Shown: positions 33,395 to 43,577 of the stretch, piece by piece
How the letters are laid out: each line of letters starts with the position of its first letter
Position numbering within the stretch: position 1 is the first letter of the stretch
From: Candidatus Binatia bacterium
Lineage (GTDB): Bacteria > Desulfobacterota > Binatia > Bin18
Assembly: GCA_963666315.2 (NCBI GenBank)
Contig: CAXXHG010000015.1
Location: forward strand, 1-64,000
Direction: 5' to 3'
Length of the DNA: 64,000 nt
Notes under the pieces: model-generated
What the model was told of the DNA's origin: nothing
What the model saw: only the letters and a program-made list of their open reading frames with translations
Databases searched by the model: none
Program-made: the position numbers and the translations under genes

Positions 33395-33525
33395 GCCGCT
33401 GCATGCTGTGTCACCATCTGATCAAAGAAGTCCCCAAAGCCGCGATCAGAGGAGACGACACTATGCAGGCAGAGCACGTAGTCCATGATTTACTGACCAC
33501 AACTTGTAGCACGATGCACCAGACC
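33395..33525 (+). mobile_element. Possible IS4-family left-end / transposase N-terminal remnant
   Basis: GAGGAG RBS plus MQAEHVVHDLLTTTCSTMHQT, resembling IS4 transposase N-termini from memory; similarity stops abruptly. Confidence 0.3.
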
Positions 33526-33703
33526 CCATGGTTTAGTTGGCCCCGCGCAGGTCGGCTTCGTACAGGTTGGGGCTCCAGGCGTTCGCGCCGGAAAACTTAC
33601 GGTAAGAGAGACAGCCGAAATACTGACGAAATAGGACATAGAGCAAACTCTTCTTTTTCGCATACCAACCTGATAGAGCGGTAAGCACAAAGTAAGATCG
33701 GTT

Positions 33704-34159
33704 ATGGCCATCTCTGTTCTTTGTACAGGCGGCTGCGCCTGTGGCGCGATTCGGTATGAGATTCCGGCGGAACCGCTGGCCTCGATGTTGTGTCATTGCC
33801 GGGACTGTCAACACGAAAGTGGTAGGACGTTTACCTCCGCTATGGCGGTGCCGGCCTCCGCCTTTAACATCACACAAGGGAATCCCAAATCTCTTGCCGT
33901 GACGGCCGCTAGCGGCGGAACGCGTCGGCGGTTTCTCTGGCCTGAGTGTGGCTCCCCATTATTTTCGCGCGTCACAACCGCACCGGATATCGTGACGATC
34001 ACTGTCGGCAGCTTAGATGACCCCAGCGGGTTTCCGCCCCAAATGGCGTTATGGGTCTCTCGTGCGCATGCCTGGACGCACCGAGCCCCCGCTCTTCCCA
34101 CGTGGGACACGCAGCCTTCGGTGGAGGAAGTGCTCAAGATGTCCTCCGACAAGGGCTAA
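33704..34159 (+). CDS. GFA (CENP-V/Mss4-like) family protein
   Basis: GGCACGAIRY, CHCRDCQ and PECGSPLF motifs; one Zn-ligand Cys reads Trp. Confidence 0.88.
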   Translation: MAISVLCTGGCACGAIRYEIPAEPLASMLCHCRDCQHESGRTFTSAMAVPASAFNITQGNPKSLAVTAASGGTRRRFLWPECGSPLFSRVTTAPDIVTITVGSLDDPSGFPPQMALWVSRAHAWTHRAPALPTWDTQPSVEEVLKMSSDKG

Positions 34160-34754
34160 CGTCTCTCAGCTTTTCCCCGATCAAAACATCTTGTCCTTCG
34201 ACAAGTAAGAATCCAGCCCCTTGAGATATGCAGGTTGGGTATTTCCCAAGGCCACGCAAACGGTTTCTTCGGAAAAATGGCCGAAAACCCCTCTGCAATA
34301 TGGTATCGAAAGTTGCGTTTTTTAGGGGAGTTACAACGCTCAAAATCGGCTGCCCAAAAACTAATATTCTCGGTCACACCCTTACCGTGCAGTTAAATGG
34401 CGTCAGACTCGACTAAAAGATCCGTTTCCGAGGGTACCCCTTGCAGCCGTCGGGGGAGCAGTGCTGCCGTGGCCTTCTTATACTGAGTACAGCCTAACAC
34501 CCTACCCTTATTCGTCGCCTCCCGGATCCCGACCAGACTTTCTTGTTCGAGTGGCTCCGTAATCAACAAGTCGGCCTTCCCATTTTTGACCGTATCAAGC
34601 TGAAGGTTGCGTGGGATTGGACCTGCATCAAGAAATACTCCCCGGCAGCCTCAATCCTGGCTTGCTCTACAATGCCGGCGTGCCTATCCTAAGCATCCAG
34701 AGCATGGAGATATAGAATAATGAATGAATATTTTCTCGCAACAAGTCTCTGATC

Positions 34755-35111
34755 GTGCTAGCCCTCATCGAAGGCTTCAACGGCGCAAACTTCGCCTTCC
34801 GGGCAAAACATACCTTCCGCACGTTCAAGTTCTCGTATGACGATGGACAGGGAATTGCGATCCAGGAGTTCGGCGTATATAGCCTCGGTCTTGCCATTGC
34901 CTATTTGTTGGCTGCCTGGGAGCCGGCATGGCGCGGCGGGATGGTGCTCGCCGGCATCGCGATCAATGTGTTTGCAGGCGGGACGCACTTCCTGCGTGCG
35001 CGTGGGATCTATTTCGGTGACGCGCGACCGATGCTGAGCCGCCGCTCCGAAGGGACCCAGGGCCTGGTGCATGCGCTTGTGGTGGGTGCACTTATTGTCA
35101 TCTTGCCCTGA
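34755..35111 (+). CDS. Hypothetical membrane protein (5' end possibly frameshifted from ATG 34724)
   Basis: Several hydrophobic segments. Confidence 0.5.
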   Translation: MLALIEGFNGANFAFRAKHTFRTFKFSYDDGQGIAIQEFGVYSLGLAIAYLLAAWEPAWRGGMVLAGIAINVFAGGTHFLRARGIYFGDARPMLSRRSEGTQGLVHALVVGALIVILP

Positions 35112-35202
35112 GTGCGCAAAAAGAGATTGCTTCGTCGCCCACAGCTCCTCGCACTGACACATCCTCCCTGCAAGCAGTCGAGCGAGCAGCAGGCCTATTC
35201 GC

Positions 35203-36534
35203 CTATTCCATTTGACTGCTTAAATAATCCAGTGCCACACCCGTCATCGCGCGTACGCCCACAATGAGCGCATCCTCATTGACATAGAAATGCGGCGAAT
35301 GATTCGCAGCGGCTTCCCCGGCCTCCACGCCCTCTTTATTCACGCCCAAAAGAAAATAGAAGCCTGGAATCTTTTCTTGGAAAAAGGCGAAATCCTCGGC
35401 CCCCATTCTCGGCCGTGTTTCCTCAACACGCTGCTCACCTGCAGCCCAGCGTAAAGTCGGTAGCATTTGAGATGTGAGGCCGGGATCGTTATATGTGACG
35501 GGCGCAAAATTCCGAACGCTCAGAGTCGCCGTGGCTCCGGCCGCTGCCGCAATCTGCTGCGCAGTCTGCCGCATGCGGTGAATAACGTCCTCGCGCATCT
35601 GGCTGTCTAAGGTGCGTATGGTGCCTATCATCTCAACCTCGTCAGGAATGATGTTCCAGCGTATGCCCGCGTTGATCCGGCCGATAGAAATGACAGTCGG
35701 CGCTTTAGTGATATCCAGTTGTCGGCTCGGAATTATCTGAATGGCCGTCATAATCTGAGCGGCAACAATGATCGGGTCGACGCCTGCCCAGGGCTGCGAC
35801 CCATGTGTTTGGCGCCCGTGCACGGTGATCACAAAGCGGTCGGCAGCGGCGAGCGCGCCCTCGGCTCGATAATACAAATTGCCTGCCGGGGCGGGCCACA
35901 CTTGTAAGCCAAAGATCGCCTGGGGTGCGTGCGGTTCACCCAAAACGCCTTCCTGCAGCATGAGCTTCGCCCCACCCTCTTCTCCTTCGGGAGGACCCTC
36001 TTCCGAAGGTTGAAAGACGAATTTAATCGTTCCAGGGATATCGTCTTTCCTGCCTGCCAGCACTTCTGCCGTCCCCATGAGGATAGCCGTGTGGGCGTCG
36101 TGACCGCAGGCGTGCATCACACCGACATCCTGACCGTTATAGGTCGCCCGGACTGTAGAGGCGAAGGCCACCTCGACCATCTCAGTCACAGGCAGGGCGT
36201 CCATATCTGCCCGTAAGGCAACAACACCACCCGGCTTGCCGCCTTGCAGTATGCCAACAACACCGGTGTGGGCGACTTTTTTTTGGACCTCCAAACCTAA
36301 GCTCTCCAGATGTTCGGCGACCAGCTTGGCGGTGCGACACTCTCGGTTAGACAGTTCGGGGTGCTGGTGTATGTCCCGCCGCCACGTAATAACCTTGGCA
36401 GCAATGGCCTCGAACGCTGGGTCGAGTTGTGATTTCAGATCTTGAGCATGCCCAGATGGTGCCAGACTTATGCAGACGGCAACCACGAGAGTCCTAATAT
36501 GGAAGGCAACCCAGACAGACCCATAATGTCTCAT
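35203..36534 (-). CDS. M20D family amidohydrolase (secreted)
   Basis: HQHPELSNRE, LRADMDALP, MHACGHDAH, FQPSEEG, GAEDF and HSPHF motifs. Confidence 0.92.
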   Translation of the reverse strand: MRHYGSVWVAFHIRTLVVAVCISLAPSGHAQDLKSQLDPAFEAIAAKVITWRRDIHQHPELSNRECRTAKLVAEHLESLGLEVQKKVAHTGVVGILQGGKPGGVVALRADMDALPVTEMVEVAFASTVRATYNGQDVGVMHACGHDAHTAILMGTAEVLAGRKDDIPGTIKFVFQPSEEGPPEGEEGGAKLMLQEGVLGEPHAPQAIFGLQVWPAPAGNLYYRAEGALAAADRFVITVHGRQTHGSQPWAGVDPIIVAAQIMTAIQIIPSRQLDITKAPTVISIGRINAGIRWNIIPDEVEMIGTIRTLDSQMREDVIHRMRQTAQQIAAAAGATATLSVRNFAPVTYNDPGLTSQMLPTLRWAAGEQRVEETRPRMGAEDFAFFQEKIPGFYFLLGVNKEGVEAGEAAANHSPHFYVNEDALIVGVRAMTGVALDYLSSQME

Positions 36535-36703
36535 AAATGTCACATGCCGGCTCTTCGTCAATACGCGGATTATCCTTGGGGTTGACAGAAGAAACAAGGG
36601 CCACAGCGGTCCCACAGAGCCTACTTTTCGCCTCAGCCTAGCTCTCTACCGCGATGTATAGTATGAGCAGCCATACGCACTGACTCCTGGAGGACCGGAA
36701 CGT

Positions 36704-36925
36704 ATGGATTTACCTATTTCTGCAGCCATGGCCGAAGCGCTGACTGCCGCTGCACGTTCGTTGCAACAGATGTCGGGCGCACTCCATCTGCTGCACTATA
36801 TGCGTTCGGCTTCTGCCTTGGCAGACGACCAGGTGGAAGATGGGCTGTGGCAGTGTGTCCAGGAGCTGACCCAAGAGCTGGACCAGCACCGCACGATACT
36901 ACAAACAACGGCGGAGGAGGCCTGA
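36704..36925 (+). CDS. Small hypothetical protein
   Basis: GGAGG RBS; the stop overlaps the next ATG (TGATG). Confidence 0.5.
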   Translation: MDLPISAAMAEALTAAARSLQQMSGALHLLHYMRSASALADDQVEDGLWQCVQELTQELDQHRTILQTTAEEA

Positions 36926-37146
36926 TGACGTGGACCGTCACAATTGACAATGGATCAACGTTCACTGACGGCTATCTTTTTGCCGATGGCAAAGCCACCA
37001 CGGTAAAAGTACTGACCACACCGTATGACCTCATGCGCTGCTTTACCGATGTGTTCTGTTCTTTAGCCAAAGAGGCCGGCTTGAAAGACGAAGCCGATCT
37101 GCTGCGTCGAGTGGAAGAAGTTCCCTATTCCACAACGGCCGGGACC
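36925..37146 (+). pseudogene. Hydantoinase A / acetophenone carboxylase-like N-terminal fragment
   Basis: MTWTVTIDNGSTFTDG...KVLTTPYDL...YSTTAGT, then similarity ends. Confidence 0.75.
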
Positions 37147-37403
37147 AGACAGCCAGAAAGCACGCTTCCGAAAGTAGGAGGCTCGCCTTCGACTTTATGC
37201 CAGATCTCATCGCCCGCTTTGTTAACATTGGTGACTGTCCAGTGTTGACCCGCAGCTTCGAGCACGCCTCGATTGGACGGCTGCCCGCCCCCACCCGGAT
37301 AAAAGGCGGTTCGGTCTAAAGCAACTTGATTATCTTCAGCTGCGGTGACTGTAGCTTGGAATTTCCGTAAATAGGCTTCGGTTTGGAATAGCCATACACT
37401 CAT
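37125..37403 (-). pseudogene. AlaX alanyl-tRNA editing protein N-terminal fragment
   Basis: LFQTEAYL, LDRTAFYPGGGGQP and IWHKV motifs; truncated before the HxxxH editing motif. Confidence 0.8.
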
Positions 37404-37446
37404 GATCTTCCCTTATAAAAATCTCCATACTTTAGGCTTCGGAGGA

Positions 37447-37510
37447 TGTTGGGTTACGCTACGCTAAGCCAACCTACGGGCTTCATCCTTCGACTGGCTC
37501 AGGACGAGCG
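37447..37510. repeat. REP-like palindromes downstream of tmRNA
   Basis: Minus-strand GTAGGTTGGCTTAGCGTAGCGTAACCCAACA (37447-37477) and TCCTTCGACTGGCTCAGGACG (37486-37506). Confidence 0.55.
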
Positions 37511-37591
37511 ATACACTGTCTTTCGCAGAGAGAATTTGTAACGGAAAACCCACGGTTACTCATCTCCGCAGGTTTCAGAAAAGAAAGGGTA

Positions 37592-37945
37592 TGGAGGCGG
37601 CGGGAATCGAACCCGCGTCCGAGAGTAGTCTACTCAAGGCATCTACAATGCGTAGCTCGTACTTTAATCTTATCCTCAGGTCTCCTACGAGCAGGATGCC
37701 GTCAGACCAGCCAAAGAGATGTTTCGGACCTGCACCCCTCGGCGCAATGCAGCCCCTAGCCCGATTTGTGTCGCCTTAGTCGGCCCTACGGGCACGGACC
37801 GGTAAGACGCTAGCGGCGATTAGGCAGCTAGAGCGTATTCAAAATCATCTGCAGTTAAATTTGCAGTCTGTCCGTTTTACGGGCGGGACAGGACCCCGGC
37901 ATGCAGCCTTGGCTTTCTAGCCCACGTCGAAGCCAGATCGCCCCC
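37592..37945 (-). ncRNA. ssrA: tmRNA; tag peptide (A)ADDFEYALAA
   Basis: 5' GGGGGCGATCTGGCTTCGAC and 3' GGACGCGGGTTCGATTCCCGCCGCCTCCA; tag frame 37852-37820 ends ALAA-TAA; directly downstream of smpB. Confidence 0.97.
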
Positions 37946-37996
37946 TTTCAGAGTCTGTCAGTATAGCAGGCACAGACATTGAGGAGAACATCCCCC

Positions 37997-38467
37997 CTAG
38001 CCGGCCCTCCTGTGCATGGCCCGTTCGACTTCGCGCTTCATCTCACGTTCACGGATGGCAGCGCGCTTATCATACGTGCGCTTGCCTTTGGCCAAAGCCA
38101 ACTCGACTTTGGCCCGACCTTGCTTAAAATACAAGCGGAGCGGGACCAGGGTCAATCCGCGCTCTTTTGTTTTTCCCATCAGTCGCATGATTTCCTTTTT
38201 ATGTAGCAGGAGTTTGCGCGTCCGAGTGGGGTCTTGGTTCACATAATGGGCCGGTTCGTAGTTGCTGATGTGGGCGTTCAGGAGAAAGGCCTCACCTTTG
38301 TTGATACGGCCATAACTATCTTTGAGATGCGCTCGGCCGTCGCGTAGAGATTTCACCTCTTGGCCACTCAGCACGATGCCGGCTTCAAGCGTCTCGGTAA
38401 TGATATAATCGTGCCGCGCCTTACGATTGATACATATGTTTTTTTCGCCGCTTTCTTGTTTGGCCAT
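37997..38467 (-). CDS. smpB: SsrA-binding protein
   Basis: NRKARHDY, EVKSLR, RKLLLHKKEI and YDKR motifs. Confidence 0.98.
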   Translation of the reverse strand: MAKQESGEKNICINRKARHDYIITETLEAGIVLSGQEVKSLRDGRAHLKDSYGRINKGEAFLLNAHISNYEPAHYVNQDPTRTRKLLLHKKEIMRLMGKTKERGLTLVPLRLYFKQGRAKVELALAKGKRTYDKRAAIREREMKREVERAMHRRAG

Positions 38468-38530
38468 ACTGAACTCTCAGTTCTATTTCTGCGCATTCCA
38501 AGACTGCTCACCATAGAGCACAGCTGAGGG

Positions 38531-39400
38531 CTATTGTAGTACGCGATTGTCAATAAGGCGCACGTCGCCGATCCAGACCGCAATGGCCAGCAGCGTGGGG
38601 CCGGACACCTGTTCAACCTCTTCTAGGGTATCCGGATGACACAAAGACGCGTACTCGACACGCACGGCAGCGTTCTGGGTTAACGCGTCTTGGACTGCTT
38701 GCAGGATGCTCGCCGCAGTCCTTTGCTGACTGGCAACACAGGCTTGAGCCGTATTGAGCGCACGCGAGACACACAGGCTGGCTTCTCTCTCAGCCGGGCT
38801 GAGGCGTGCGTTGCGTGAACTCATGGCTAGCCCATCGGCTTCCCGGATGATGGGCATGACCACAATGTCAATATCAAAATTGAGATCTTGAACCATGCGT
38901 TTGATGACCGCGCACTGCTGCAAATCTTTCTCACCAAACAGAGCGCTATGCGGTTTGACCATATTGAACAATTTGGCCACAACCGTGGCCACCCCACGGA
39001 AATGGCCGGGTCGAAATGCTCCACACAACGGCTGGCTAACTTTCTCCACTTCAACCCCGGTCTGATAGTCTTGGGGATATACTTCTGACGCCGGCGGCAG
39101 GAATAATACATCCGTCTCCAGTTCTTCGAGCAGGCGTTCATCCTGTGTAACGTCACGCGGGTATGTATCAAAATCGGACGACTGGTTGAACTGCATGGGA
39201 TTGACGAAAATCGACACCACCACAACGTCTCCACTCTGTTGGGCTACGCGCACCAGGCTGAGATGGCCCTCATGCAGAAATCCCATAGTGGGGACAAAGG
39301 CGATCGTTTTTCCGGCCAGACGCTGCTCTTCTGACCAGCGTTGCATGTCTTTAACCGTTTGGATGATCTTCACCGACCGGGCTCTCCAATTGTAGGACAT
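38531..39400 (-). CDS. panC: Pantoate--beta-alanine ligase
   Basis: PTMGFLHEGH, RPGHFRGV, GLAMSSRN and RLIDN motifs. Confidence 0.97.
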   Translation of the reverse strand: MSYNWRARSVKIIQTVKDMQRWSEEQRLAGKTIAFVPTMGFLHEGHLSLVRVAQQSGDVVVVSIFVNPMQFNQSSDFDTYPRDVTQDERLLEELETDVLFLPPASEVYPQDYQTGVEVEKVSQPLCGAFRPGHFRGVATVVAKLFNMVKPHSALFGEKDLQQCAVIKRMVQDLNFDIDIVVMPIIREADGLAMSSRNARLSPAEREASLCVSRALNTAQACVASQQRTAASILQAVQDALTQNAAVRVEYASLCHPDTLEEVEQVSGPTLLAIAVWIGDVRLIDNRVLQ

Positions 39401-40224
39401 CAGTGAAACGAGTGTTCATCCTGCGGGAATGCCTCATCCCGTACGTCGCTGATATAGGCGCTCACCGCATCTGAAATCGTTTGCTCCAAATTGGCATAGC
39501 GTTTGACAAACTTGGGGGAAAAATTCCCGGAAAAGCCGAGCAGGTCATGAATAACCAAGATCTGTCCGTCGCAGTGCGGACCGGCACCAATGCCAATAGT
39601 CGGGATAGCCAACATCTCAGTCACTTCACCAGCCAAATCCATAGGGACGCCTTCCAGGACTACGGCAAACGCCCCGGCATCAGCCACGGCTTGGGCGTCT
39701 TCGATCAAACGATTGCGCGCGCCCGGCTGCCGACCGGCTTTCTTGCCCTGGACTTTATAGCCGCCCATACGGTGGACAGACTGTGGGGTGAGCCCAATAT
39801 GGCCCATGACCGGAATGTCAACGTTCACAACGGCCTTGATGACTCGTGCGATATTCACCCCGCCTTCCAGCTTGACCGCTTCGGCGCCCCCTTCTTTGAG
39901 CAAACGCCCCGCGTTGGCAATCGCGTCACAAATCCCGACCTGGTAGGATAGGAAAGGCATATCCCCCACAACCAGCGCCCGTGGCCGGGCCCGCGTGACC
40001 AGACCGATATGGTAGACCATATCATCCATGCTGACCGGCAAGGTCGTATCAGCGCCTTGAACGACCGTTCCTAAGGAATCGCCGACCAGAATAAAATCAA
40101 TACCGCAGTTGTCCAGTATGCGAGCGAAGGGGTAATCGTACGCTGTCAGCGCAGTGATCTTTTGGCCTGATGCCTTTAAGCGCTGGAGCTCAGGGACGGA
40201 GATTTTCGCCGAGCAGTGTTGCAT
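39400..40224 (-). CDS. panB: 3-methyl-2-oxobutanoate hydroxymethyltransferase
   Basis: LTAYD, LVGDSLG, VKLEGG, GHIGLTPQ and GIGAG motifs. Confidence 0.97.
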   Translation of the reverse strand: MQHCSAKISVPELQRLKASGQKITALTAYDYPFARILDNCGIDFILVGDSLGTVVQGADTTLPVSMDDMVYHIGLVTRARPRALVVGDMPFLSYQVGICDAIANAGRLLKEGGAEAVKLEGGVNIARVIKAVVNVDIPVMGHIGLTPQSVHRMGGYKVQGKKAGRQPGARNRLIEDAQAVADAGAFAVVLEGVPMDLAGEVTEMLAIPTIGIGAGPHCDGQILVIHDLLGFSGNFSPKFVKRYANLEQTISDAVSAYISDVRDEAFPQDEHSFH

Positions 40225-40372
40225 ATCGGGCCTCCTTCATCATGCGTGTTCTTACGTGTTCTGGTGAACCGCTGTCGGAGGGCACCGGAAGAGAGCGCCG
40301 AAAGCAACACAATGGCTGACAAGTCAACCGTGCAACCTCGGACATTCTCGTACTGCAAGATTTTTTTACCAT

Positions 40373-40516
40373 CCGTCTCGGTCCGCGTTAGTTGGATCCA
40401 AGCGGTCTGCCGTTTCTACCGTCCTGCTCGCTTTGCCCGCTTAGCCCGGTTGGGTCGACTGGTTCGTCGCCCACGAGCCTTCGTCTCGCAGCGCGTCTTC
40501 TATCCCGAGCAGGAAA
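40373..40516 (-). promoter_or_regulatory. Probable pan RNA motif in the panB leader
   Basis: Stem TCCTGCTCG/CGAGCAGGA with GATAGAAGACG, then GGTAGAAACGGCAGACCGC...GCGGACCGAGACGG. This resembles the pan motif as recalled and sits in the expected location. Confidence 0.6.
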
Positions 40517-40606
40517 GTAGTATGGCCGTGCTGATAGCATATTTTTCCGAGGTTTGTCTAGAGGGATTTTCTTTTCCTGGGGAGGGCTTCTTGCTAGTGT
40601 ATCGGG

Positions 40607-41689
40607 ATGGATATGTGTGACATGGACATGCCTGACGCTATTGGTCAATTGCTGATGGTCGGCATCCCGCAGCCGGCACTCGACTCCGAGACACGAGAGA
40701 CACTCCACGACCTGAAGCCAGGCGGCGTCATTCTCTTTGCTCGCAACTACACCGATCCTGAGACTCTCCAGGCACTATGTGCCGATCTGCACGGCCTGCA
40801 GCCTGATAACCCAGTATGCATTGCGCTCGATCATGAGGGCGGGCGGGTACACCGGCTGGCTCCCCCATTTACCCATTTTCCACCCGCGTTGCGACTGGGT
40901 GAGACGGGCTCTAGCCAGCTGGCCTATGAGGTTGGCCACGCGCTGGGACATGAATTGCGCAGTGTTGGCATTGACCTCGACTTGGCCCCAGTCCTGGATG
41001 TGTTTACGAATCCACTCAACACCGTCATTGGTGATCGGGCGTTTGGCTCTGATCCACAGCGGGTTGCCCGACTCGGTTGTGCCCTCGCGCGCGGGCTACG
41101 CCAAGCAGGTGTTATTCCATGCGGCAAACATTTTCCCGGCCACGGCGCAACCCTGGTGGATTCGCACGAGGGCCTACCCCGAGATGAACGAGAACAGGAG
41201 AGTATTGAGAAGGTCGACCTGGTGCCTTTTCAGGCCGCTATAGCCGAACAGATCGAGCTGATCATGACGGCTCACGTTGTGTTTCCCGCCTACGATCCGG
41301 AACAGCCGGCCTCCTTGTCATCCCTAGTCATGCACAACCTCCTGCGCCAAGACTTGGGCTTCCAGGGTCTTATCGTCTCAGATGACTTAGAGATGGGGGC
41401 CATCATTCGACACTCTTCGGTTGGGGACGCCGCAGTAAAAGCCCTGGGAGCGGGAGCGGACTTGGTCCTCATTTGTCACAGCCTGGAACGCGCCTGCGGC
41501 GCACGTGAGGCGTGTCAGCGCGCACTCCGCCTAGGCACGTTATCGGCATCACGCTTACAGGAATCTCGACAGCGTCTGCTCCAACTCAAGCAGCGCTTCG
41601 TCGCCCGATCAGGGGCAGAGATCCGACCGATCGGTGCGCCAGAACATCAGGCCCTGGCCGCAGAGATCTTGCGCCAGGCCAACGGTTGA
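40607..41689 (+). CDS. nagZ: Beta-N-acetylhexosaminidase (GH3)
   Basis: DHEGGRV, KHFPGHG, DSH and SDDLEM motifs. Confidence 0.93.
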   Translation: MDMCDMDMPDAIGQLLMVGIPQPALDSETRETLHDLKPGGVILFARNYTDPETLQALCADLHGLQPDNPVCIALDHEGGRVHRLAPPFTHFPPALRLGETGSSQLAYEVGHALGHELRSVGIDLDLAPVLDVFTNPLNTVIGDRAFGSDPQRVARLGCALARGLRQAGVIPCGKHFPGHGATLVDSHEGLPRDEREQESIEKVDLVPFQAAIAEQIELIMTAHVVFPAYDPEQPASLSSLVMHNLLRQDLGFQGLIVSDDLEMGAIIRHSSVGDAAVKALGAGADLVLICHSLERACGAREACQRALRLGTLSASRLQESRQRLLQLKQRFVARSGAEIRPIGAPEHQALAAEILRQANG

Positions 41690-41692
41690 GGG

Positions 41693-42772
41693 CTATTTCT
41701 TGGGCACGCTGCGGCGTGTCCCAACACATTGTGCCAGCGACTTCGAGAACGGCGCACGGGCAATACCTTTTTCCGTAATGATCGCGCTGACAAGCGTATG
41801 CGGGGTGACATCAAAGGCAGGATGGGCGACAGTAATCCCGTCCGGCGCAATCTTTTGGCGCAAGATGTGGGTGACTTCTGCGGCAGATCGTTCTTCGATC
41901 GGAATCTTTTTGCCAGAGGAACAGGCCAGATCGATCGACGTCGTTGGTGCAGCCACATAGAATGGGACTTTATGTCGCCTGGCCAGGACCGCCGACGTAT
42001 ACGTGCCGATCTTATTGGCCACATCACCGTTGGCCGCGGTACGATCCGTCCCCACGATTACACAATCAATCGCCCCTTTTTGCATGAAATAGCCGACCAT
42101 ATTATCGGTAATCAAGGTCGCCGGTATCCCTTCACGCACAAGTTCCCAGGCGGTTAAGCGCGCGCCCTGGAGATACGGCCGCGTCTCCGGGACGAAGACA
42201 GAAATATTCTTGCCCTGCTCCCATGCTGCTCGAATAATCCCGAGAGCCGTCCCATAGCCGGCCGTCGCAAGGGCGCCCGCATTACAGTGGGTCAGTACGC
42301 TTGCGCCTTGAGGGATGAGTTTTGCGCCGTGTCGGCCCATACGTCGATTAGCTGCCACATCTTCAGCACAAATTTTGAGCGCTTCTTGCTCTAAACGCGC
42401 CGTCAGCACCTCACCCCCTTGAGAGCAGATGCTCGCATAACATGTCCGCATGCGTTCAATCGCCCAAAAAAGATTGACTGCCGTCGGCCGGGTGGCGGCA
42501 AAGACCTGGCAGACACGTTCAAACTCTGTAGGATTTGCTATGCGCTTGAGCTGGCGCGCAGCGAGCGCAATCCCCATAGCCGCGGCAACCCCGATAGCCG
42601 GTGCACCCCGAATCACCATAGTGGTAATGGCCCGCGCCACCCCTCGGTAGTCTCGGTAGGTCCGATACACCTCCCGGGTGGGCAGTTTACGTTGGTCTAG
42701 CATAACCACCGCGCCATCCTGCCAGTCGATGGTAAAGAACGCCTCGCTGCTCATGCTGCTCATGCTGCTCAT
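41693..42772 (-). CDS. mtnA: S-methyl-5-thioribose-1-phosphate isomerase
   Basis: LDQRKLP, IRGAPAIG, RPTAVNL, THCNAGALAT, ETRPYLQG and ANKIGT motifs. Confidence 0.95.
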   Translation of the reverse strand: MSSMSSMSSEAFFTIDWQDGAVVMLDQRKLPTREVYRTYRDYRGVARAITTMVIRGAPAIGVAAAMGIALAARQLKRIANPTEFERVCQVFAATRPTAVNLFWAIERMRTCYASICSQGGEVLTARLEQEALKICAEDVAANRRMGRHGAKLIPQGASVLTHCNAGALATAGYGTALGIIRAAWEQGKNISVFVPETRPYLQGARLTAWELVREGIPATLITDNMVGYFMQKGAIDCVIVGTDRTAANGDVANKIGTYTSAVLARRHKVPFYVAAPTTSIDLACSSGKKIPIEERSAAEVTHILRQKIAPDGITVAHPAFDVTPHTLVSAIITEKGIARAPFSKSLAQCVGTRRSVPKK

Positions 42773-42805
42773 GCTCCTCTCATTCCTAGCGACCACACCG
42801 ATGCT

Positions 42806-43390
42806 TTAGGCTCCAGCCTCAGAGTCAACAAAACGCACTCCGTCTCCAGGCGTCCAGACAGCGACTATCTTTTCGTCACTAGACCTTATGAGGGTCACTT
42901 TTTCTAAACCGGACTCCGCATCAAAAAGCTCGAGTTCTTCGCTATTCTTCTGCCAGGTGGACACAATAAGTTCGATGACCGTAGTGCGCTGGTCTGGAGG
43001 GAGGTCGGCCCACTTTGCAGACACAGAAACCGAAACGATACGCCCGTGCTGACTGGCTTGCATACCGTAATAGATATCCGCCCAACGACTTTCCGCGAGC
43101 TGCGTATCCGTCCGATATACACACATCCAGAAGGCCGGACTGACATCGGGAGAGAGATCAGCCGGCGGCTGGGGTTCTTCCTGAGGAGCTTGCTCCTCAA
43201 ACTGCGACGGCTCAGACTTGTTTGTTTCTTCAGGCGAACGAAAATAAATAAAGAGGCCAATCAGGACCAGGACCAGCATCGACGGCGCCTTGCGCAGTCC
43301 CGCCCCAATACTCACCAGAAGTGTAAAGAAGAAATCTGTCAACGTAGCGATAACGCCTGCCGGAGGCGGAGATGAAGACGGTTTAGGCAT
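42806..43390 (-). CDS. Hypothetical membrane-anchored protein
   Basis: N-terminal TM segment, Pro/Glu linker and a globular C-terminus. Confidence 0.65.
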   Translation of the reverse strand: MPKPSSSPPPAGVIATLTDFFFTLLVSIGAGLRKAPSMLVLVLIGLFIYFRSPEETNKSEPSQFEEQAPQEEPQPPADLSPDVSPAFWMCVYRTDTQLAESRWADIYYGMQASQHGRIVSVSVSAKWADLPPDQRTTVIELIVSTWQKNSEELELFDAESGLEKVTLIRSSDEKIVAVWTPGDGVRFVDSEAGA

Positions 43391-43577
43391 GTGATGATAT
43401 GTAGCATAGGCCGCTGGAACAGCTGAAGCCCGTTCGGCTCATAGCCATCCCGCTCGTAGCCGTCCGGCTCATAGCCGTCCTTCGCATCCTCTGTTAAGAA
43501 ATCGCCTTGCCTGCCGATCGCTTTCATAAGTTTTCGGCCCGTGCCGACAGCCATACCTCTGGCAAGGAGGGCAAATC

